IMG/VR virus record: IMGVR_UViG_3300021514_000007
Location: 1 to 29,148 of that record
Length of the DNA stretch: 29,148 bases
Direction: 5' to 3' (one strand)
Origin: a virus
Lineage: Duplodnaviria > Caudoviricetes
In this document: positions 1 through 6,001 of the stretch, in pieces
Position numbering within the stretch: position 1 is the first letter of the stretch
Layout: each line of letters opens with the position of its first letter
The notes under the pieces: generated by a model
What the model was told of the DNA's origin: nothing
Databases searched by the model: none
Seen by the model: only the letters and a program-made list of their open reading frames with translations
Translations under genes and position numbers: made by a program

Positions 1-159
1 TTATTTTTCTTTCTGAGAATGACGCATAACTATCATCGCTGCTTTTATTCCATTCAACCTCAAAATCATAGCTATTCACTTTTAGCTTTTTAATTCTTTT
101 TATTTTCCATACCCACCTCATTTATCTAGCATTAATGATTCTCTTTTCAATATTATCCA

Positions 160-342
160 TCAAGCATCAAAATCTATTTTTTCGTGGTCGATTTCTTCAT
201 GGTGGAATACTTGCCCTAAGTCCCTTTTGTCAACGGATTGACCGCATCCCACACATTTATAAAAATTATCAAGCTCATTTTCTGGGTCGCCACCTTCTCT
301 GTGACCAATAATTCCTCTTGCTGAATTAGTAATTTTAGACAT
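160..342 (-). CDS. small putative Zn-binding phage protein
   Basis: 60 aa, CxxC (CVGC) plus HHE..H; GAGG upstream on the minus strand. Confidence 0.6.
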   Translation of the reverse strand: MSKITNSARGIIGHREGGDPENELDNFYKCVGCGQSVDKRDLGQVFHHEEIDHEKIDFDA

Positions 343-365
343 ATTAACCTCTCTTCAATATTGAT

Positions 366-734
366 TTATCTAGCCTGTGCAATTCGTCTTTCCCATTCAT
401 CGTAAGACTCGCCTGGTCTCGCCGGTATATTTAATCGCTTACCTTTTTGCTCGGCTGTCTCCTTAACTTCTTTCTCTGGCAACTCCCACGGCTCATCCCA
501 ACTTTCAGTATTAACCGAGAAGAACGTAGAAGCCTGCATAACAAACGGAGTGTTCAACATACCCATTCCCTTGCAATAAGCATAATAACGCAGTACACCA
601 GCCTGTAAGTCGCTGTAAAGTACCTTTTCTTTGAGTCTTGCGGTAAATGCTTTAAAGGCTAGAGGTTTTTTTCTACCTCCTGACCGAGCGGGGTATATTT
701 TCCACAACATCTCAAAATCATCGGAGTAATTCAT
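366..734 (-). CDS. phage replication-protein-like helical domain protein
   Basis: F..LWKIYP.R.G...K..AFKAF and F..QASTFF..N..W motifs resemble the C-terminal domain of phage replication initiators; ATGA coupling with 731..922. Confidence 0.55.
   Translation of the reverse strand: MNYSDDFEMLWKIYPARSGGRKKPLAFKAFTARLKEKVLYSDLQAGVLRYYAYCKGMGMLNTPFVMQASTFFSVNTESWDEPWELPEKEVKETAEQKGKRLNIPARPGESYDEWERRIAQAR
622..685. repeat. 64-bp exact direct repeat, copy 1 (copy 2 at 1312-1375)
   Basis: ACCTTTTCTTTGAGTCTTGCGGTAAATGCTTTAAAGGCTAGAGGTTTTTTTCTACCTCCTGACC is identical at an offset of 690 bp. Confidence 0.95.
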
Positions 735-922
735 TTTTTAATCTTCTTCTGCTCATTATTTATATCCGCTAAATCTCCACTTAGCTTTGAGCATAAAACT
801 TTCCATTGAGCTATCTCTTTGTCCGCTTGCTTTCCATACTTAATCACATCTGGGCAAACAGTGCTCTCCCATTGTCTGTTATACTTATCTAATTCTCTTT
901 TTATTTTTTCTTCATATTTCAT
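731..922 (-). CDS. hypothetical protein
   Basis: 63 aa, ATGA overlaps at both ends, AAGGTGA RBS. Confidence 0.6.
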   Translation of the reverse strand: MKYEEKIKRELDKYNRQWESTVCPDVIKYGKQADKEIAQWKVLCSKLSGDLADINNEQKKIKK

Positions 923-1305
923 ATCTTCACCTTTTTAATATTTTGTACTAACCTGTAAACTTCTCTTGCTTCATCAACGCTGCGGATGCTTGTCGTATGG
1001 TATTGCCAGCCTAGTTTGTCACTCAATAATTTATATATTTCTTTTCTCTTCATCTGTTTAGATTTCCATATTGGATCTAATATTGCGTGTATGTGTTTTC
1101 TAGCGTTCTTTATTTCAGGAGTAGGGATGCAGCCTAGCGGCCTTGTTCTATTCTCTGTCTTATGGTGACAGCCAACAAAATTGCCACATGCGTCACACTT
1201 CCAGAAAGGTAAATCAGACAAATCTTTTCTGTGTGGATAAATCTCTGTGCCATCCGTTAACCTAGCCTCAACTTTATCACCGCAACCACAACATCTAATA
1301 ATCAT
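919..1305 (-). CDS. zinc-finger protein (DUF3268-like)
   Basis: CCGCG...IYPHR.DL....FWKCDACGNFVGCH...PLG...R...H...DPIW pattern; AAGGTGA RBS. Confidence 0.7.
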   Translation of the reverse strand: MIIRCCGCGDKVEARLTDGTEIYPHRKDLSDLPFWKCDACGNFVGCHHKTENRTRPLGCIPTPEIKNARKHIHAILDPIWKSKQMKRKEIYKLLSDKLGWQYHTTSIRSVDEAREVYRLVQNIKKVKI

Positions 1306-1424
1306 ATCTTCACCTTTTCTTTGAGTCTTGCGGTAAATGCTTTAAAGGCTAGAGGTTTTTTTCTACCTCCTGACCTTTTAGGGTATATGCCCCATATTTG
1401 TTCAAAGTCTTTAGAGTAATTCAT
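1302..1424 (-). pseudogene. truncated 40-aa paralog of the N-terminus of 366..734
   Basis: Reads MNYSKDFEQIWGIYPKRSGGRKKPLAFKAFTARLKEKVKI* versus MNYSDDFEMLWKIYPARSGGRKKPLAFKAFTARLKEKV; ATGA-coupled at both ends; below the ORF-track size cutoff. Confidence 0.75.
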
Positions 1425-1696
1425 TTACTTGGATCTCTTAAAGATTCAATTTTTACCCTTCTGTCACACTCTATTTTAAATTTAGATTCTGCTGCACTAA
1501 CACTATTCTCAACCTGCTTAATCAAATAATCATAAGCATCGCTCCAGGAGTCATAATACCTAGCCCAATCAGAGATTTTATTATGCCGCCTTTCACTATT
1601 ACCAGAAGCGGTAAACACGCATTTTTCAGTTTCACGCAATACTTCGACAGTCTCAATATTATCCTTTGACCAACCAACTACATATTTAGTTATCAT
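1421..1696 (-). CDS. hypothetical phage protein
   Basis: 91 aa, preceded by the TAACGAAAAGGTGA leader/RBS. Confidence 0.7.
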   Translation of the reverse strand: MITKYVVGWSKDNIETVEVLRETEKCVFTASGNSERRHNKISDWARYYDSWSDAYDYLIKQVENSVSAAESKFKIECDRRVKIESLRDPSK

Positions 1697-1700
1697 AATT

Positions 1701-1751
1701 TCACCTTTTCGTTATTACCATCAATACTACTCTATTACTTTGTAAATACAA
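1701..1751 (-). promoter_or_regulatory. leftward sigma70-like promoter with palindromic operator over -35 and conserved leader
   Basis: Minus strand TTGTAT-N16-TAGTAT; the 17-mer TTGTATTTACAAAGTAA (1751-1735) is identical to 7886-7902; leader TAACGAAAAGGTGA at 1714-1701. Confidence 0.65.
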
Positions 1752-1773
1752 GTTATTTAAGTAAATATATTAA

Positions 1774-2439
1774 TTATCTAAAATCTGTCTCATCATAGTT
1801 AGACTTTCCTAGATTACAGTCTTGGCATAGTATTTGTAGATTATCTAAATCGAACTGTAATTTAGGGTATTTCGATCTCGGCTTTATGTGGTCAACATGA
1901 ATCTGAACACCGTCTTTTGCTGATGCCCCGCATAACGTACACCTGCCATTTGATTGCTGTAGAGCAACGAACCTTAATTCGCGCCATTTTTTTGACGAAT
2001 AAAACTCATCGGAACTCATATAGTTATATTTATTATGATGGTTTCTACCGGATAAGTTTTTCCAATAATCAATCATCATCATATTGGTGTTTTTATCTGT
2101 GCTTGGTATTTCTGCGCCACATTCATTATGAATACATAAGCAAATACCGATATTTGTAGCAAACTTATGTAATTTAAAATGTTTAATTAATGCTTCTCGA
2201 GCTTTTATCTTGTCTTTTGTTCTTCTTCTTCTGTTACCTCTATTTCCTTTAGGTTTTTTCCTTACTTTAGATTTTATTAAGTTATTTTGGCAAGTCTTAC
2301 AAGGCGGCCTATCTCCTGGATTGTCACCAATAGTATCTAAAAATCTATTATCAGTATCACAATAAGTCGTTTTTGTTATTGGATTAACTATATGAATAAC
2401 TCGATTACGTTTTTTACTATTATAAGCGTATAAGTGCAT
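1774..2439 (-). CDS. HNH endonuclease with N-terminal Cys cluster and basic linker
   Basis: C-terminal FYSSKKWRELR...CTLCG...HVDHIKPRS...NLQILCQDCNLGKSN; GGAG RBS. Confidence 0.9.
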   Translation of the reverse strand: MHLYAYNSKKRNRVIHIVNPITKTTYCDTDNRFLDTIGDNPGDRPPCKTCQNNLIKSKVRKKPKGNRGNRRRRTKDKIKAREALIKHFKLHKFATNIGICLCIHNECGAEIPSTDKNTNMMMIDYWKNLSGRNHHNKYNYMSSDEFYSSKKWRELRFVALQQSNGRCTLCGASAKDGVQIHVDHIKPRSKYPKLQFDLDNLQILCQDCNLGKSNYDETDFR

Positions 2440-2790
2440 ATTAACTCCATTGTATTAACCGGATATCTTGTATGTCAGGCATAGTTCTACTACCCCTAAT
2501 AAAAGAGGGTAGAACAATCATTAACCGAATAGTGCTTTGTAGCGGTCTGACACTCGAGTTTCTCTTTTTACCTTAAAATCGTATCAACTCTGGAAGGTTT
2601 CCCAATATCCAATTTCTGATAACCATTAAAGCAACCTATCTGGCCGTCCTCGATTCGTTCTGACCCTTGAGCTTTGATAAGACCCCACACTGTAGCTCGA
2701 TACAATAAACGCGCAGCCGTTGTCCACACCACGAATAAGGATCTGGTAAAAAGTATTGAGGGCGTAAAAAGTAAGAGGTAGTAGAAAGTG

Positions 2791-2821
2791 TTGACATGGT
2801 ATTTTATATTCATGCTATACT
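2791..2821 (+). promoter_or_regulatory. sigma70-like promoter (extended -10)
   Basis: TTGACA (2791-96), 19-nt spacer (long), TG-C-TATACT (2813-21). Confidence 0.5.
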
Positions 2822-2971
2822 ATCTACATACTCTGGGCTACCCTCAACAAGTGACCAGATAACGTAATGATAACCCCGTTAGGGATTTCATACAAACGGT
2901 TTCCCTCATCCCGTATCGAATATGAGAGCTACTCGGATGTTACTCACCTTTCTGAAGAGATAGCGTTAATT

Positions 2972-3000
2972 GGTCTACCCTAGTGGTAGGCCTTTTTTTT
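2972..3000 (+). terminator. intrinsic terminator
   Basis: GGTCTACC-CTAGT-GGTAGGCC followed by T8. Confidence 0.8.
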
Positions 3001-3015
3001 GGTTATAATATATAG

Positions 3016-3101
3016 GCAGCTAGGCTGATCCCCGAAAGTGAAGTTCGTTACTTCATTGCTGCAAAACCTTTAAACGATAACTTTTTAACGGAGAGTTACA
3101 A
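3016..3101 (+). promoter_or_regulatory. structured c4/CI-like leader RNA upstream of HNH, copy 1
   Basis: TATAAT at 3004-09; GCAGC/GCTGC closing stem, GAAAG, hairpin TGAAG-TTCGTTA-CTTCA, downstream AAACGATAA and ACGGAGA; homologous to 7285-7369. Confidence 0.6.
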
Positions 3102-3593
3102 ATGATTACACAATTAGAGCTTAAAAAAGAATTACATTACAACTCGAAAACTGGTGTTTTTACTAGGCTCGTAAATATAAATTGCGGAACAAAAATTGGT
3201 GACATTGCTGGGCACTTAAATGCACGTGGATATATTGAAATAAGCGTAAAAGGAAAGAGTTATCGAGCCCATCGTCTCGCGTGGTTTTATGTTTACGGTG
3301 TTTGGCCTAAAGATCATCTTGACCACATAAATCATGATTTTTCTCATAACCCAATAGATAATTTACGAGAAGCGAACGCTCAAGAAAATGGAAGAAACAG
3401 ATCTTTAAATAAAAATAATTTATCTGGGATACCTGGCGTTCTTTGGATGAAAAGAGATAATAAATGGTGGTCGCGTATAGTGGTAAGCGGAAAAACATTA
3501 CATTTAGGAAGTTTTGATGATTTTTTCAAAGCATGTTGCACTAGAAAGTCAGCGGAAAACAAATACGGATTCCACGCAAATCACGGAAGATAA
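3102..3593 (+). CDS. HNH homing endonuclease (HNH_3-type with AP2-like C-terminus)
   Basis: AHRLAW.Y.YG..P...DHINH....N.IDNLR...EN..N...SGIPGV.W...KW...I...GKT.HLG.F. Confidence 0.9.
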   Translation: MITQLELKKELHYNSKTGVFTRLVNINCGTKIGDIAGHLNARGYIEISVKGKSYRAHRLAWFYVYGVWPKDHLDHINHDFSHNPIDNLREANAQENGRNRSLNKNNLSGIPGVLWMKRDNKWWSRIVVSGKTLHLGSFDDFFKACCTRKSAENKYGFHANHGR

Positions 3594-3599
3594 CTAATT

Positions 3600-3628
3600 A
3601 GCCCACTTTAATCGGTGGGCTTTTTTTT
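3600..3628 (+). terminator. intrinsic terminator
   Basis: AGCCCAC-TTTAATCG-GTGGGCT plus T-run right after the HNH stop. Confidence 0.8.
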
Positions 3629-3704
3629 GGATCATTTTTGTATTATAATGACAGCATGGAATTAATGAATATCAATTTAGAACGACCGGCACTCTCGTAA
3701 AAAT

Positions 3705-3781
3705 GCGCGGGTGATGGAATTGGTATACATGCTTGATTTAGAATCAAGATTCTGAGAGTTCGAGTCTCTCCCCGCGCACCA
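3705..3781 (+). tRNA. tRNA-Leu(TAG), short variable loop
   Basis: Acceptor GCGCGGG/CCCGCGC, anticodon arm CTTGA-TTTAGAA-TCAAG, T-arm GAGAG-TTCGAGT-CTCTC, A73 and encoded CCA. Confidence 0.9.
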
Positions 3782-3785
3782 CACA

Positions 3786-3862
3786 CGGGGTATAGCTCAG
3801 TCTGGCAGAGTCCACGGTTTGGAACTGTGTTGTCGTAGGTTCAAATCCTACTACCCCGACCA
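3786..3862 (+). tRNA. tRNA-Pro(TGG)
   Basis: Acceptor CGGGGTA/TACCCCG, anticodon arm CACGG-TTTGGAA-CTGTG, T-arm GTAGG-TTCAAAT-CCTAC, encoded CCA. Confidence 0.93.
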
Positions 3863-3874
3863 AATTTAATAATT

Positions 3875-3902
3875 AGCCTCCCTTAATACGGAGGTTTTTT
3901 TT
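3875..3902 (+). terminator. intrinsic terminator after the tRNA pair
   Basis: AGCCTCC-CTTAATAC-GGAGGTT plus T-run. Confidence 0.75.
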
Positions 3903-3918
3903 ATGCTATAATGAAATC

Positions 3919-4000
3919 TTAGCAGATAGTTCAATGGCAGAATCTAGGTGTGCACTCTAAAATAGAGCCTGGGATGTTAGTTCGATTCTAGCTCTGCTAA
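3919..4000 (+). ncRNA. tRNA-like RNA with expanded anticodon loop
   Basis: TTAGCAGA/TCTGCTAA acceptor, D-arm GTTC-AATGGCA-GAAT, CTAGG/CCTGG stem with 19-nt loop, T-arm GTTAG-TTCGATT-CTAGC; TG-C-TATAAT at 3904-12; no CCA. Confidence 0.65.
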
Positions 4001-4237
4001 TTAAATATAAACTAGGCAACGGTGATTAATATGAATAAAAAAATAATTAAGTAGCTAGGAAGTCGGAGGCATAACCGTAAATATGTATAACACCAGCAAC
4101 GCCATAGAGCATAAGCGAAAGCGACTCAGTTAATATGGGACTATGTTTCACAGGGCGTACCATGCTGGTTACTTATTTAATGCTCTATTAAACTTCATTC
4201 ACTTTCCTAGAACGTGAAGGGCAAAAATATCTAGACT

Positions 4238-4261
4238 GCCGCTTAACTGCGGTTTTATTTT
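4238..4261 (+). terminator. probable intrinsic terminator
   Basis: GCCGC-TTAACT-GCGGT then TTTATTTT. Confidence 0.55.
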
Positions 4262-4276
4262 AAATAGATTAAATAA

Positions 4277-4343
4277 TGCTTGCAATTGCCAAGCAACAAG
4301 CTATAATTACTTTAAGAGTTAAGACAATCTAACGAAAAGGTGA
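4277..4343 (+). promoter_or_regulatory. rightward promoter with palindromic operator and conserved leader
   Basis: TTGCAA(4280)-N16-TATAAT(4302); inverted repeat TGCTTG-N7-CAAGCA over -35; leader TAACGAAAAGGTGA at 4330-43. Confidence 0.7.
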
Positions 4344-4348
4344 AAAAG

Positions 4349-4528
4349 ATGAGTGATAAAACTTTTAAATGCTCAAGCTGTAAAAAAGAATACGGCACAC
4401 ACACATATTTTAGTTGCGGAGCCTATAATGATGAGCTTGGACGGCTAAAAACCTATCAAATTGAAATGTATAAATGTGTTTGCTCTTACTGTAACCATGC
4501 AAATACTGACGTAGAAAAGCAGGGCTAA
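4349..4528 (+). CDS. small Zn-ribbon protein
   Basis: CSSC...CSYC; ATG at 4349 fits the AAGGTGA RBS better than GTG at 4340. Confidence 0.6.
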   Translation: MSDKTFKCSSCKKEYGTHTYFSCGAYNDELGRLKTYQIEMYKCVCSYCNHANTDVEKQG

Positions 4529-4542
4529 TTAAAAGGTGATTT

Positions 4543-4740
4543 ATGAACACAAGCAATAAAGGGTTTGAAGAGTGGAAAAAGAAATACGGTGTTATGTTGC
4601 CGCCTAGCTTTGATGATTTGGAGCAAGCCTATAACGCTGGATTTAACATCTGTAAAGATGCGGCAGAAAAGATAGTTAGAGAGGCTGATTGTTATGTCTG
4701 TGAAGCAATGGCTGATGAAATTAAGGAAATTAAACAATGA
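4543..4740 (+). CDS. hypothetical protein
   Basis: AAGGTGA RBS, ATGA coupling to the next gene. Confidence 0.65.
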   Translation: MNTSNKGFEEWKKKYGVMLPPSFDDLEQAYNAGFNICKDAAEKIVREADCYVCEAMADEIKEIKQ

Positions 4741-4931
4741 TGACAACAGCACAGTGCGCTAAATTAGCGGGTTTCAAGCACCTCAATGAAGTCGCAGAAA
4801 TAATCGGCAAGACTACCGAAGCTCTGAGATTTTGGCACAAACACAATTATAAGTTGTTTGAGGTTATCTTATACGGCGCAGGAGTTAAGAAGTTTGGGCA
4901 TGGTGTCTGGGTATTTAATAAAGGTGAATGA
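4737..4931 (+). CDS. small helix-turn-helix DNA-binding protein
   Basis: GFKHLNEVAEIIGKTTEALRFW fits an HTH. Confidence 0.6.
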   Translation: MMTTAQCAKLAGFKHLNEVAEIIGKTTEALRFWHKHNYKLFEVILYGAGVKKFGHGVWVFNKGE

Positions 4932-4932
4932 T

Positions 4933-5184
4933 ATGTTTAATTTAAGCTATATGTCTCCATGCGAGACTCAAGGAAAAATACAATTAAGTAAGCGGCCATC
5001 TGGATTGGGTCGATATACTGATGTTCACGGTGTTGAGTGGGACATAAACGGAATAGTTGGTAATTTTGTGCAGGCATGTAAGTTAGATGATTTACACGCA
5101 TATTATTCTGATACTAGCGCAACGAACGCGTATGGTTTGGTTCAGCAAGAATGGAAGCCGTACGAAGTTGAAATAATTGAATAG
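4933..5184 (+). CDS. hypothetical protein
   Basis: In-frame ATG (MFNLSY...) behind AAGGTGA within track ORF 4858..5184. Confidence 0.55.
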   Translation: MFNLSYMSPCETQGKIQLSKRPSGLGRYTDVHGVEWDINGIVGNFVQACKLDDLHAYYSDTSATNAYGLVQQEWKPYEVEIIE

Positions 5185-5263
5185 ACACAACCATCAATTA
5201 AGCCCTATTTAACCATTAAATAAGGTGATAATTGATAAAACAGTCAATAAAAAGGTGAGTAAA

Positions 5264-5476
5264 ATGAGCGAAATAAAATTAATGCCGGTATTGAATATTT
5301 ATTCTGGAGAGTATGAGGATTTAGTGTGTAGTTTTGAAATCTTCCTCAGCAAAGGAAAGCTAAAGGGCGCAAGCATTGAATCAATCACAAGTAAGGCCGG
5401 ATTTGACCTAATGCCATATTTAGAGCCAGATGGCATACCCCATGCGCTTGAACAGAAATTCATGGAGGAATGGTAA
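5264..5476 (+). CDS. hypothetical protein
   Basis: ATG (MSEIK...) behind AAGGTGA within track ORF 5225..5476. Confidence 0.55.
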   Translation: MSEIKLMPVLNIYSGEYEDLVCSFEIFLSKGKLKGASIESITSKAGFDLMPYLEPDGIPHALEQKFMEEW

Positions 5477-5569
5477 TGAGATATTTTATGCGAGAAGTTA
5501 AACACCTAACACGCAGAACATTACTTAAGCGTTTAATTGACTTCCTACAATCAAAGCCAGGATTCTGAT

Positions 5570-5812
5570 ATGTTGACTCAAATAGTTAAATTCTGGCAAC
5601 TATTATTCTCCTTAGTCTTCACGATTATGGCAATAATAAACTATTTCAGCGGAGACAAGATTTACCCGGTACTAATTAGCGTTGCATTTATTATTTATTT
5701 AATCGGGGAAATTGCGGTATTTGTTTTAAATTATCAGTTTGACCGGCGTAAATTCGATTTTGGGATTGACCAAAGAGAATATGACCGGCTAATGATACGA
5801 CAAACGGACTAA
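5570..5812 (+). CDS. small membrane protein (2 TM)
   Basis: Two hydrophobic stretches; ATG at 5570 within track ORF 5537..5812. Confidence 0.55.
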   Translation: MLTQIVKFWQLLFSLVFTIMAIINYFSGDKIYPVLISVAFIIYLIGEIAVFVLNYQFDRRKFDFGIDQREYDRLMIRQTD

Positions 5813-5821
5813 AGGTGATTT

Positions 5822-6001
5822 ATGACTGATAAAGTAAAGGTTCAAGAGCTTGCCTCAGAAGTTCTCAAGCTCGAATATTTATGCTTAGAGGGTGAGCAGG
5901 ATGATCGCAAACTGGAGAAGCAGTTAAAATTTGTGGCTGATTTAGCAAGAAATATGACCTGTGCGCAGTATGACAAATCAGATGACCAAGGGATGTTTTA
6001 G
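5822..6001 (+). CDS. hypothetical protein (59 aa)
   Basis: AAGGTGA RBS, MTDKVKVQELASEV...QGMF*; stop overlaps the MTase GTG. Confidence 0.55.
   Translation: MTDKVKVQELASEVLKLEYLCLEGEQDDRKLEKQLKFVADLARNMTCAQYDKSDDQGMF

Noticed and set aside
1-121. Partial leftward ORF at the window edge, with an out-of-frame ATG at 110 behind a good RBS
   Set aside because: Truncated by the edge; cannot separate a real start at 121 from a 1-nt indel or error
622-1375. DGR template/variable repeat pair or CRISPR array
   Set aside because: The core is an exact repeat, flanking differences are not adenine-specific, no reverse transcriptase is present, and I saw no regularly spaced repeats in the window
1774-2439. 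IscB/Cas9-like RNA-guided nuclease call
   Set aside because: No PLMP or RuvC motifs; resembles a common phage HNH; kept only as a weak RNA-association hypothesis
2568-2813. 81-aa minus-strand ORF
   Set aside because: No RBS or recognisable motif; overlaps a promoter and a structured region
3739-3741. Amber suppressor tRNA / stop-codon recoding
   Set aside because: Anticodon TAG reads Leu CTA (a suppressor would have anticodon CTA); genes are intact under the standard code
3705-3862. tRNAs as prophage attachment site or host boundary
   Set aside because: Phage genes continue on both sides; no integrase or duplicated tRNA 3' end seen in the window
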